From positions 6,758,001 to 6,822,000 of the forward strand of contig CM059453.1 in NCBI GenBank assembly GCA_030390025.1: a DNA stretch of 64,000 nucleotides. Direction: 5' to 3'. Every line of letters starts with the position of its first letter. Position 1 is the first letter of the stretch. The notes under the pieces are model-generated. The model saw only the letters and a program-made list of their open reading frames with translations, did no database searches and was not told the DNA's origin. The stretch is from Squalus acanthias (taxonomy: Eukaryota). The position numbers and the translations under genes are program-made. Shown piece by piece: positions 46,230-60,310 of this stretch.

Positions 46230-49200
46230 TCAGTTCTGTTTAATTCCTGCATATTCGCAGCTCTCCTTATTTTGAATAAAGTGATCATGTTTGCGGAAGT
46301 TGGAGACATTGACGGTCGCGTACGCAATCTCGTCATTCTGAGCTGGTTTATTCGATTGTGCGGCGCCCCGACCAGCCTTGGTACACTGATCGTCCCTCTG
46401 TAACGGAAGGTATTTGTGTTAGATGTGGAGTTATTGCAGATATGGAGCAGAATGCGATGGGAGATTGCTGTCTGCAACAGAAGAAATCTCACTATTTTAT
46501 CCCTGATAAGTTGTCTAAAGGTTCTGATTCATGAAATGAGCGTTGTTAAGTCTTGATGCAAGAAAGAAAGAACTTGCAATTGTCTATCCGGATGAGTTCG
46601 ATAAGGCTGGGGTGTGCGACTAATTTGCAAACCTCTTTCAAACAGCCAGCACAGTTACTACGGGGCGAAATGTCTCTTTCTGTGCTGTAAAAATCTATGA
46701 TTCTAAGGCTTCTAAATCCGGGTTTTAATAAATTGAGGTACAGATTATGAAAACAAGTTAGATACGGTGAACCATTACACATCAGTGGCTATGTCTCGGC
46801 TGGAGTATTGTGTCCAACTCTTGCATAACACTGTCAAAAGGATGTCAATGCATTAGAGAGCATACAGTGCAAATTTACTAGAATTATAGGAGAAATGAAA
46901 GACTGCACTTAAACGGACAGTTTAGGGAAACTGGAGTTGTTCTCCTTAGTTTAGAGAATGATAAAGGGAGATTTGATATTAGTGATCAAAATTCTGTGGA
47001 ATTTTGATACAGTAAATAAGGAGAGATTATTTCCACTGGCAGGAGCTTTGATAACCAGATAACACAGATTGAAGATATTTGGGTCAAGAACAAAATGCGA
47101 GGTGAGAAGGATTTGTTTTAACTCAGCGAGTTGTTGTAATCTGGAATGCACTTCTGAAAGGGCGGTGGGAGCAGATTCAATCGTGACTATCAAAAGGAAA
47201 TTGGATATATGCGTGAAGATGAAAAAACATCAAATCAGAGCTTAGGGTAAAAAGCAGTGTAGTGTGACTAATTATTTCGCTCTTTCAAACAGCCAGCACA
47301 GGCACCGTGGGCTGAATGGCCTCCTTCCAGGATGTATGATTCTGTGATTATTAAGACCGAAGCGCTGCTATGCAATAATAACTTTTGAATTCCTGCCGCT
47401 ATTGTAGGAAAAATGCAGCAACCAGTTAATTGGATGAATGGCGAATTAATCAGTATTAGCTGGTGTTCATTGAGGGAGAAATGGTAGAAAGGGCACTGGG
47501 AAAACTCTCATCCATCCCCACAGTCGGACCATATGATCGTTTCCCTCCATAGGAGGAAACAAACGGGGCCTCGATTAACATCTAATCGAAAGGACTGGTC
47601 TTCCGGCAATGCTGCACACCTTCAGTGTAGAAGTGAAGTATCAGCCCAGATTATAGGTTCAAATGCTGGGGCGAAGCCTGAAGCCACAACCTTCTTACCC
47701 AAAGGTGGGGAACATGGGGCCCACATCGGCAGCAAGATGCAATTCGGAAGTTGCACATAAACCTGAGGAATGGCAACGATTATTCCCTCTGGGGTCGCTA
47801 ACACTTTGTGATCTCGTTGGGCATTTAACAGATGAGACCTAATTGGTAGGGGGCAAGATGACATTGGAAACGCATTCTTAGATTAATAATTTGTTTTTTG
47901 CAGGAACGCCAAGGTGAGAAAGACTCCCTAATTTGATTTAGTCGGTCACTACACGCAGAGTCTGCAGCTTTGTTGCACTCTCAGCGACGTGAGGCGGTTA
48001 ATCCTCCCTTAATGGTCAACGAGTTTCTGATACTCCAGTTTATCCATTGGGTATTGCCCTTTATGAGTCATTGCTGGTTGAAAGCACACCAAACATCCTT
48101 CAATTGTCAGCCCAGCTTGGCATCACTTACGTCAGCCTTTAGTGCGTACTGCACCCGACTGTAAATCACCAAATCATCGCGTGCTTCGGAGACACGTGCA
48201 GCTTCTCCGTGTTTCTTCCTGAATAATAACAAATGCAAACGAGGCACTTCTCTTAATTAACTGGAATGTTTAATGAAAGCACACTGCGCCTGCGCGATGA
48301 AGGACGTCAGTAGGTCAGGAAAGACTTAAGAACACAAGAAACAAGAAATAGGAGCAGGAGTAGGCCATGCGGCCCCTCGAGACTTTTCCGCCATTCAATA
48401 AGGTCATGGCTGAACTTCGACAGCAACTTCACTTTCCCGTCGGACCTCCATATCCCTTGATTCCCCTTGAGTTCAAAAATCTATCTATCTCAGCCATGAA
48501 TATACTCAAAGACTCAGCATTCACAGCCCTCTGGGGCAGAGAATTCCAAAGATTCACAACCCTCTGAGCGAAGAATTTCCTCCTCATCTCGTTCTTAAAT
48601 GGCTTACCCCTTATCCTGGGATTATGCCCCCTATTTCTAGACACACCAGACAGGAGAAACAACCTGTCAGCGTCTAGCCTGTCAATCCCCTTCAGAATCT
48701 TGTATGTTTCAAAGCGATCACCTCTGATTCTTCTAAACTCCAGAGGGTATAGGCCCATTCTTCACAAGCTCTCATCATAGGACAGCCCTCTCATCCCACG
48801 AATCAACCTAATGAACATTCGTTGCAACGCCTCCATGGCAAGTATATTCTTCCTTAGATAAGGAGAACAAAACAGTGCACAGTACTCCAGGTATGGTCTC
48901 GCCAAGGCCCTTTACAATTTTAGCAAGACTTCCTTACTCTTATACTCCAACCCCCTTGCAATAAAGGCCAACATACCATTGCCTTCCTTATTGCTTGCTG
49001 TACCTGTATGCTAGCTTTCTGTGTTTCTTGAACGAGGACAGCCATCATTTAAAAAATATTATCTTTGCTATTCACCATACGAAAGTGAATAACCTCACAT
49101 TTCCCGACATTATTCTACATCTGCCACCTTAGAGCACACTCACTGGCCAGAAATTCGGTCTCCATTGTGAGTACGCGCTGTGTACTCACCCGTTGACCCA

Positions 49201-52200
49201 ACGAAAGTGCCGGTTTCGCGCATGCACTGCACATGCGCTGGAAACCGGAACTTCCTTCCCTTGAAGGAAGGGGTTCGGAGGTCAAATGCGTGCGCCGGAG
49301 AGGCAGCGCGCACTGCAATTACTTTTTTCAAAAATTTAAATTTTTGTTTAAAATAGTTAATTTATGCAACTTATAGTTATTTTTAAAATGTTACTGTTTT
49401 CTTAAGTTATTTGAAGTTTTAGTTCGGATTTGGGGGGTGATCTCTGTTTATAGATTTGACAGGTCTTCCAGTCAAATCTATGAATGGACATTCCCTGCTC
49501 CGATTGCCTTCCATGGCCCACGTGATCCCAGGGGACGGCTCGAACTTACTGCGCCCCTGGGATACGCAAGCACTGCACACCGCCACTGCAGGAGGCTCAG
49601 GACAGGAATCTCACGCGGGCCCACAGCACAACGGCAGGCGCGCAAGGTAAGTGAAGGTCGGGGGCTTGCACCCGCGGGAAGACTCCGCCCGAATTTATTT
49701 TCCATTTAGTCTATCTGTATCCCTTAGCAGACTCTTTGTGTTCTCCTCACAGTTTACTGTCCCACCTAGCTTTCTATCATTAACACAATTGGATACATTA
49801 CACTCGATCCCTTCATCTAGATCAAAATATTGATTGTAAATAGCTGAGGCCCCAATACTGATCATTGCGGCACCCTACTAATTGCAGCCTGACAACCTGA
49901 AAAAGATCCGTTAATACCTACGATCTGTTTTCTGTCTGTTAACCTATCCTATATCCATGCTACTATATTACCCCCAAACCCATGAGCCCTTATCTTATGT
50001 AATAACCTTTTATGTGGCACCTTATGTCTTTTCCTTCTCCCGATTAGCACAGACCAGATCTGCAACCCAATTCTTTTCAATTTCCACCAGCCAACATTTC
50101 AAAAGGGAACATTTTACTTTATCTATGATAGGCATTAATATACGTTAATGATACGGTGCTGATTGCTCTAGGTGAAAGTTGAGTGTGACAAATAACGGTC
50201 AGTGCGAGGTTTATTGATGATTTCAACCTGGGTAAATAGCAGATGCAAGTGTTTCAATGTGTAAACGCAGACCTTTCTATTATTAGGTAGATCGCTTCAA
50301 CACATTGGAGTTAGAAATTAGGAATACATAAATATTCATCATCAATCTTTTTGCGATCATTGAATAGTTGATATTATTAAGCATGGAATTGCCTTCTTTA
50401 AATATATCATGGTACATGAAGGGTTAAAAGCTAGCACCACTCACAAGAGTCTTCTGGCTCATGTTGCTGCGGTTGTTGCCGAAACATTGGCTGTTGAGGG
50501 GCGGCGCCTATCCGAGAAGCAACGTCATAGATTTGAATTGTATACATCCTGTCCGATTGGTTGAAGGATAAATTTGATTGGCAGCAGATTGTAAACCTAA
50601 CTGGGTGTTATTTGAATTCACTTGGAGCCGGTCACAATTCTGAAGGTAATTATCAGCCTGTCTATTAAAAGCAGCGAGTCTGTCTGGAGCTTTCAAAGAG
50701 AGTTGTCAGACAAAATAGCTGAACTCACTGCTAAGAATAAGATAACACGTGCAATATAAATAACTGCTTATATCAAATTTTAGCAAATCAGTCACACCCA
50801 ATTATGAAATATAATATTCGACACCTTGAGCCAAACAAACTTAAGAACTACTGTAAACGTATGTGTCACGTTACTTTTACTATTTGCTTGTTGTTTTATT
50901 GTTTCCTGGACTAGCTTGATTGATAGAACTTCAGTGTCAATCTGGTGTAGTGTTATGCTGAGAGCCTGACATGGCAAGTAGGCTCGTGTGAGGCTGCCCC
51001 ATAAAAGCAGCAACAGAAACAAACTGAAAGGGATTGTATGCCCATTCTTTGAGCATGATGAAAACTTTATCCAGATTGCACGGGAAGCGTAAACACTCCC
51101 TGGCACACAGAGCGCCAGCGATCAGAAGTCCAAAAATGTCCACTTTAAACAGAAGGAAACAGACCCCAATAACATAACAGGAAGAATGTACAGACAGTCT
51201 GATTCAAACAGCCACTAATATTACTGTATATTTGATGCCGGGAGATGCGAACGACTGGGCAGGGATGATTGACCTTCCTACTTTAAGCACCAGTTCAGGC
51301 TGATGCCCACTGCACTCATGGGAGTTTAATTTAAAGGAGATTTTGATATACGGACGTTCTGATGCGGGTTTCCTTTGAAACTTAATTCTATATAATTAAT
51401 AATCACACCTACCTTTTTATCTTCAGCGTGAGGACGACTGCAATTAGAGTAATAAGCCCGATGGTTCCACCTCCTATTATGAGGACGATTGTCCTGGACA
51501 ATATTCCTAAAATGTTGGATAACATTGCTCTATATTAGGAATTTGGGATTAAACAACAATCTATCTTGGAAGCACATTTATGAGTGTGAGGAAGCAAGTT
51601 TCCTTTATGTTCGGATCACAAAGCTATTGGTAAATTATATTCTCCACTTGATTCAACCTGCTGATCCTTGCGTAAAAGCCTTTTGTTCCTGTGTTGCGGA
51701 CTGGCGTCAATTTGAATTAATAAATTAAGATTCACTGATGTAAAAATCTCAATTTACAAATTGAGTTCACTCCACAACCCACCCTAGGAAAAACAGTGGG
51801 CTTAATCTGATCGGAATACAGGGCCGCCAAGGTCAGCAGTTACATCGGTAAGATTTAAAATCTATAGCGATAATTCAATTTTGCTTAGGCTATTGAATAT
51901 CGGCTCTACATACCCAAATGTGTCTGAACACGATAGAAATGAGCATTTAGCTACAAAAGGGTAGATTGCAGTTTGCTATCATGTATTGAGATAATTTTGG
52001 ATTTTCTAAAGAGTTTAACTTAATTCAGAATAATTTGCTTTCCAAGATCACTGGCTATTTCTGGTGATGAAATCATTTCAAATTTGCTTGAAAATATAAA
52101 CCGAACAAGTTGCAGAAGAATGAAAGTTAAAATGGATAATGCCGACCGCACCTTTCAGTTGGTGATTGACAACTGATGAAAGTGGTCCTAACACTAATTC

Positions 52201-55200
52201 GAGATAGATTCCGTACGGACCTGCTGAGTGAAGCTGATATTTGCTGACACTTCGACCGTTCAGTTACTGACTTACCAGTGATGCACCAACTCCCTTATAG
52301 TATTAAATTACAGATAAATTAAACACGTACCCTTAGAGTGGAGCTGATATTTACTGACAGAATCACCGTGCTCGTTTGCTGCAACACATGAGATCAGGTT
52401 TCCGGTTCCGGTTGGGTGAGTCAATCTCAGAGAGCTCTCCATTAGCTGACTATTCACCGCCCAGGAGATGATTTCCACATCTGCGTTATTCCCAGTGAGG
52501 ATTCTCCCATTGAGGCCCCACGTGATGTTTCCCGGGGGATTGGCTCTGATCCGGCAGCTACAGTTCGTCCAATTCTCAGAGCTGGTGCATGTCGGGCCTG
52601 CAAAAATTGTGGCTTTATCTAAAAGAAATAGAAACTTCAATAGTAAATGATCATGTAAATAGTTGCAGTACCGAAGTACAATTAATGCATGAGTTGAACT
52701 TACCATAATAGTTCTGGTAGATATATTTTAAGATGAAGCAACCTATGTTGCACCAGTTGATGGCGTATTATATGTTCACTTATAATAGGTGAGCTCGTCA
52801 GGAACAATTTCATATTAAACCTAATTGGTGTTCAGTCCAACCAGACCTGTCCTGACAGATATTGTGGGGGGTTCCTCAGACGGAGCAAGGTCAGAGTGTT
52901 ATTTATCTATAATATACCCACAAACGTGATTCAACCGTCTCTGTTTTAACAGGTCAATTAATGTCAATTTCTTCACTTTGTGTACTGTTTTCAATATCTT
53001 CGTTTGTGGTGGACTGAAGTGATTCTTCAATAAATGTCCGGCTAACAAGGCGACAGTTCAAAGGACATTGTCTCTGAATATTACACTGTTAACACAACAT
53101 TAATACAAATAACAGAAGTTGGCTTAACACCATTTTATCAGAATTTTTTGCAGAACATCTGCTCATCAAATTTCTGCATGTCAGTTCTAAGGATTGGAAA
53201 ATTGTTTACTTCAGACGACGAGTATAATTTATTAACAATTAGATGTTGAGTAAAGTTTCCAGAAAATGTGGCCCTGTCGTCACCTCATAAATATAAGACC
53301 TGCTGCATTTATGAGACATTGTGCCAGTTTCCACTCCTGTCATACTGAGGGGGATGCCAGGGTAGTTTCCATTATTGGATCCATCGAGGTAGTGTGCCGC
53401 TATTTCCTCGGGAAGTGGTGAAACTTACCCAAACTCATGCACACGGTCGCCTTCCAGCAAGCAGGCAATTGAAAATTGGAATTTAATGCAGAATTCTTGA
53501 AATGAAAGGCTACTATCTAATTGAAGATTCATGCATACTTACATTGTACAGAAATCTGTGTGGAGCGGTTTGTGGTGCCCACAGCATTTTCAGCTATGCA
53601 CCAATATTCACCGTCGTCCTCAGAACGAATGCTGGGGAATATCTGCTTTAGTTCACCAGTGGATGATTTGCTCATCTCTTCACCATTTTTCACAAATCTT
53701 AAACTGACCAGGGGTTTCCCACAGGCCGTGCAGTATAATAATAATGAACTTCCTTCCACAGCTACTATAGAGGAGTTGACGGTTGGGATTTCCAGTCCAT
53801 CTGAAACAGGCGTTAATGCAAAATGTGATTGTCGAATAAGCATAATTGAGTTCTTAATTAATTCATTATATTGGGTATGGGGATCGGGCAGGAAATTGGA
53901 GTTGTGTTCGATGATCAGACATGTTTGCCGGAGTGGCGGAGCAGGCTCGAATGGGCCGTATGGCGTACTCCTATTCCTAATTCTTAAGTTTTTATTAAGC
54001 CCAACCAGAGCTGAGATCTGGTGTCATAGCTTAAGATCCTAACTCGGCATGGCCTTTGTTGCTTCCATTTATGACAGACTAAACTCAGAAGCTGACTGGA
54101 AATTCATAGAATAAAGATTAACAATCACATTAAAATATCTGTTGGAGGCACCATCATTGATTCATGGATATGAATGTTTCTAATGTAATCTGACTGATGA
54201 GCATTAGATGAGAGCCATTCCGAACATTTGATTATCGAAGTGAGCTCTCCTCGTACAGAGGCTGAGCTTTTCATGATTCATCCTTTGATGCAGTTCTAAT
54301 CCCTAATAAATGATTGTGGTAAAAGTGCAAATTTGGAGCCGGTTGGCCGACAGGATAAATCTGTTTACTTTAGACCGGACACTTACCTTCAATCTCCAAG
54401 GTAAGATTTTGTGCTGAAGGAGTTGGGATACCATCAATTAGAATTGTGCAACTCAGAATTTTCCCGTCATGAGCAGATGATGGTGTAAAGGTAATCACGG
54501 ATGAAACTGTCCGAGAATCTGAACTTTCTTTGCTAATTTCTGCTCCATCTTGTTGATCCATTGGCGGAGGAAGGGACACATTGTAATTAATCCACTTCAG
54601 TGTCAGGTTGCCATCCGGGCAATTGTGGGTGACGGAACAGTTCAATCGTGCAGTTTGTCCAGCGATCAATTCCCCATAACCTGAAATATCTGGCATTTCT
54701 ATAAAAACGGGAGAAAACCAGCTTGTTAGGTACATTTCAATGTTAAAACGGGCGATCGATGGCTTACTACTAAATCTGAGGAAGAATATCACATTTTGTT
54801 CATTTTTCTCTGCCACGTGTTGCAAGTGTGTTCACCATTCTTAATTAATCCTCGCAATTGTAATGCAGTTTTATGCCTCATCGGGTAACATATGGCCCCA
54901 CTTAATTAAAAAATCAGTCGTTATATCTCCAAATTATTTGTATCATGGATATTGTCCAGTGAACAAATTTTGCACGCTGGAATTAGAATTAACGTTAACT
55001 CCTCAAATGTCACGAATATTTTATCCTCTCGTATAACTCGTTCTGCACCAGCAATTGCCTATGTGGTGGTGATTAATGCAGACCCAGAGCGATCTCGATT
55101 CTGTTGTCAAGAAACGTCAATATAGAACGACAATGCTCAAGAAATGTACATACCAGACAAAGGACGGGTAACACCACCTTGTGTGGGAGAAGCAGAGCAG

Positions 55201-57910
55201 GTTCCTCGCAGTAAATCTGAAGAAGGCTTCAGCAGAAATAGTATTTGTTGCCGTGGGATTTGAATGAACAAATAAATTATAACTTGAACTGATTTTCACG
55301 TTACTGAAATATCTAATTTTTAAATAAGATCTAATTAAAAGCGGGGTAAATGAGCGCTGGATCGGGAAAGGCACGAACAAAGACTGCATTAATTCATCGC
55401 TTTTGAAGTACTCGCGACGTCAAAAGACGCTTCAACAAAAAGTAACTTGAAATGTAATCATGCAGCCATTGCCGACGGTAAACACAGGAGATTATTGGAG
55501 AAGATATGAAGATGTTTGGATTTAAGGATAAGGTAGAAATTGCAATACAAACTGTTTAGAAGGGACGATGTAGCGAGTCGCCATTTAGCGCAGTTGCTCA
55601 GAATAGTTCGATCCCAGTACGGTGTCCCACAGTGTTGTGCTGTGGAATTGCTTCGACTCACTGTGTGCATCAATAATTTGGAGAAAGCGCTAAAGAGAGT
55701 GATGTCAAAATTTCCCGGCCGGAATTAATTGGATTCCATCAAAATGAAAAATGGGCGGGGTGTACAATGAGAGGCGCATCCAATATCGCCAGTTTGACAC
55801 ACATGACAACCTTGCAAGTAAAACTCCCAGGTGATAACTGGAGAACTAAAGCGAGTTACAAACGGATACTGGAGATATAGTAGAATGGGGACATAAGAGG
55901 CAGATATAATTAAAGTTCTGAAAATAGGAGGTGGTAGATGATCATTTGAACCGTAGGAAGCTGGGAGATGTGGAAGAGCAGAGGAATTTGGGGTCAGGTT
56001 CATAAGAGAGTGAAAGCAGCACCTCCAGTGGGAAAGTGTATGAAGTTGTTTCTGGAGCTCTGGGTTTAATGGCAAGAGATCAATAATATAAATTCGAGAA
56101 TAGTGGAGATTCTAACGAGAACAGTAGTTAATTCACAGTTGGAGTAAAAATGTGGGTATTGGGCTCCAGTCTGTAGGAAGGATTTAGGGTGGATTAGCGT
56201 AGTTTCTGGCTGGTATGAGGAAGTTTAAATAACAAGAAAATATTTAAAAATTGGGCCAGATCTAATTAGTATAAAATTGATTTTGTGATGATTTGACAGA
56301 AGTGCTTAAACTTATTAAGCAACGGGACAGAGGAGATAGAAGGAGACTGAAGTAGAATTTGAAATGGCCGCCCTGGTCAAATCTCTCACTCCAGATAAGT
56401 CACCCATTCTAGCAGCCGCCCTAGTTTAATTGCCTTTCATTTCATTGGAAATAATGAGCTGCTGGTTTATGTATTGTAAGTAGGACCAAACATCGTCAAT
56501 TTTAGGTTCAGTCAACAAGTACTAATCTATCCTCATGTGAACATTTTCAGAATAGGCTCGACTGGTATTTGAAGGGAATTGCAATAAAGGGATATGGCAA
56601 CTGAGCAGACACATGCGATTCGGAGTTTTGCTCATGTGAAGGACAAACAGCCACACTGACAGTCTGTTCCGAACGGCCTGTTTTACTGCTCTAATTTCAA
56701 TATACTTCTGTGTTTAGGATATCAGACGTCTGCGACCCTTATCAGTATCCCTGCACCCATTGTTTCAACTGCCCTTTGAGATCGGTCAGGTATATTTTAA
56801 TATTTGCCAACTTTGCACATAGGTTGATTCATACTGAAGCACTGGAGTGAAAATGTACAAAAGGAACAAAGGGAATACTCACCTAAAACAGAAAGAAATA
56901 CGTCAGTACACAGAGTGCGACGTCTATTAGTGGACCAGGCCGAAGCGATCTCGATGCTGAGTTCGTATGTACCCTCATCACCCTTCCTGATATCCTTTAG
57001 CAGGAGGGTACACTGTTTCATTTCAATGTTACACTTGAACTCAGCTCTTCCACCATAGTTATAATGCTGCCTGTATGGATCTTTAGAATCATAGATAATG
57101 GAGAAACCTTGGTTACCAGGAGCATGTTCCCTCTTTAACCACGTCATACCAGCGATTCTCCGATGGACTGGATAATCAAACGTACACCAGATCTCTGCAC
57201 ATGAACCGGCCACCGCCGACACAACTTTTGGCATCAGCACAGAGAATTCAGCACTAAAAACAACTGCGAAAAATTAATTAGACACCCTTTAATTAGCCAT
57301 TCAAAATGCATTTCAGCAACTTTATCATCCATTAAAGTATTTGTTAATTGACAAATAATCGCCCATCACAATAGCAATTAAAATATCAGTGAAGGACTTT
57401 TCAAAATCAAGAAAAAATTCTAAATAAAATCCAAACACAACAACTATTGAAATGGTCATAGGAGTACCTATTTGATGGGAGATTTATGAACCGGTAATAT
57501 ACATATATAATACTCAACTAAAAATCGAATACATATCCAATAACAAGTAAGCGAACACCCAATAAAAATTCAAATTAAATATACATTAAAATATTGATCA
57601 AAATAAATATTAAACATCTATTGAATCTCCTTTGAATCACTCAATCAATATGAAGTAAGCTTTATTAAATGTGCTTTACAATAAAATATTCTGAAAATTC
57701 CTATATTTAAATATTATTTGAATAGGCTGTATACGCTGTAACACAACAACAAGCACGCGTTTAGCAATCATGAAATTCCTATTTCACAAGTTCTGAAATC
57801 AATAACAAAAAAATCATTCATATTCTTTATTTTACTCTTCCTTTCCCACAAGATATACATCACTTGCAGAAATTGTAAAAAAGCATCAGAAATGTACCTT
57901 CTGTCAACAT
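46230..57910 (-). CDS. Siglec/MAG-like receptor gene A2 (8 coding exons, about 543 aa)
   Basis: Exons 57868-57910 (putative leader), 56883-57263, 54387-54698, 53543-53800, 52331-52618, 51413-51506, 48131-48218 and 46230-46397; same sizes and phases as A1, no stops; motifs VIYSRV, IAYATV, CEYAGI. Confidence 0.88.
48325..50030 (-). mobile_element. Older CR1 fragment containing a MITE (about 49145-49703)
   Basis: Orthologue of 6757-12025 without the younger 3.3-kb LINE. Confidence 0.8.
50445..50507 (-). other. Candidate stop-containing cassette exon of A2 (RRRPSTANVSATTAAT*)
   Basis: Same acceptor, TGA and GTGAGT donor as in A1. Confidence 0.4.
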
Positions 57911-59347
57911 TATGAGAGGCAGCAGTACGGAACTCATCATGGCTGTAAAATGCTGTCGATTTCACTCGCAAAATGAAGAACCCAATTCACAATTTACACC
58001 ATTCAGATTTCAGCATTCTTCTTTCCAGTCACTTCTTGGATTTCTTTGCTAATCAGCATCAGACTATCGGGGAAGTCCGATTCGGTTCCTACCGATCTGT
58101 AGAAACAGTGCTCACTCAATCAACTCCGTTGGTGAGGTAGGCAGCTAACACATCTTGTACATGGGCTGCGTGTGACCGACTGTTACAGAATATGATGTTA
58201 TAGTATGTTTAACCGTTGCAAAAGAATACTTAATACAGAAACAATATCTCTCTCTCTCGAACAAACACACACAAACACCAAATGTACTGTTATTTATGAT
58301 ATTGCTATGTTGGCGTCTGTGTCAGAATGGCACCGCCCAAGCTTGCAGACGCCTCTGACTCACATTTCACACATATTCGCTTTCTGGCATCTAATACGAG
58401 ATGAACGTTGAACAGTTGTTGACTACAGTTAGTTAGCTTGCTGCAGTCTATGGACGTGTGGTTTCATCACCTTCTTTAAGGAGCGCTCCAACATGTATCT
58501 CTGACGTCTTAGATAGGAGCTGTTTGACAGTAGACCGTTTGACGCTGTGGTAAACAGCCTTTCTTCGAAATATTTAACTCTTTACATTCACACTCAAGCT
58601 CAGTAATTTTGCAGAACTTAAGACAAATGCCAACCTATTTGTTGCAGTGCTTTTATTAAGATTTAGTTATGAGGTCTGGGACGTGTGAAATGGACTTAAG
58701 GTTCCTGTCGTAAATACAAATATTGCTGTAACAGACACAGATAAAATTGATTGAAGCAACATTTTCGGTCAAACAGATCAGTGTTGTCAATATCGGGAGA
58801 CACTGTTTTTCTCATTGGCCACCCGGTGCGGAGGGAATGTCGGAGGACCTCCCAGTTGGTCTGCTTCTGGGCCTGGATAAGGTGGCCATTCACAGGTCCA
58901 GGCATCACCCGGTCCAGGGGATCATTTGGTCTGACTGCCTGCCTCCCACCACGTTCGTGTGTCCCTGGAGTGGGAGCATGCGGTGATTGCCTGTAATTTT
59001 TAATTCCAGATTTATTTAATTTACTGAATTAAAATACCCCCAGCTGACATGTTCTAGCGCGATCTTTTTAAAACTACCCCGATCTCAGGGGAATTGCGCC
59101 GAAAAGTACCGCATTCGAGCGGATAATTCAGGCCCTTGTATTTACATATCGCCATTCACAAACACAGTACATCCAAATACAGTGTTAAACCCAAACTGAG
59201 CCCCGATGTTGACCACACATCATTTCCACTTTCGGCCTCAAAGCAAACTGGATCTTGTGTGGAGCTTCATTGAGCAGGGTGCATTGCACCAACCGCCACT
59301 CTGGGATTGACCAGACATTATGGGTTATTTTATTGTTAAAGCAAAGT

Positions 59348-59470
59348 GAGACCTGGGTCTGAACACACATCCCTGAACTAGTCAGTAAAGCCAAGCTGAG
59401 ACCTGGGTCTGAACACACATCCCTAAACTAGTCAGTAAAGCCAAGCTGAGACCTGGGTCTGAAAACACAT
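59348..59470. repeat. 50-bp minisatellite, about 2.5 units
   Basis: One unit fewer than 21257-21430. Confidence 0.93.
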
Positions 59471-60310
59471 CGCAGGGATTTGTTCCCGAAGATAAAAATA
59501 GCCACATTCTTTCCAGCAGCGCTGAGACTCGAATCTAAAATCTTAAGTTATCACTTCACAGTTCTAGCACTAAATTCAGTAAATTCATAAACCTGTATTT
59601 GTAGCAACTCGGATCTCAATGAGTTAATTTCAGCAGATTTCAGCTCGCTGGACTGTTAATATAACCAGCTGAGGTCACTTATAAAAATGGCAGTTTACGC
59701 TCTTGAAACTGTTTTCTGAGAAACATTAAACATTTGACATTTCAGATACGTGTTGTGCCCCCGAACAACTGAAGGTGATCAACCCACACGTCTGCAGACA
59801 ACGGCTAAAGGACAAACCACGGCTTTACACTTCAAACACTCACAGTTCAAGGGCTGATAAATAGCTCAGTGTGTGGGAGTTGAGAGTCGAGGCGTCTAGA
59901 GTTGATGTAGAAGGCTATTTTATATATTGCAATATAAAGTGCCACTGCCTGTCCTATAACTGTGCAGATGATGAGAGGGCTGGTTGTATCGCCGATCAGG
60001 TTTCTTTTGCAGTAGGTGAGCCTCATATATCCTGCAACAGCGGGCCACACACTGATGTAAACTGTTATATTTGAGGAGTCCCAGATTTCCAGCAGTTTAG
60101 ATCACCAACATTTGAGGAGTGGCGAAAGCTGTGTGAGCAACCACGGTTCCCAATGATTGGCGGGTGGCGAACAGCTGACCTCCTAATATTGTGATTCGAT
60201 TCATTACGAACTCCAATATATTACTGTCGAACCGAACACAGAAACTAAATCACTTATATCAGAGATAAAAACAATTTATGCCATTTTGATATCGTCCACC
60301 GCCTCTCGTC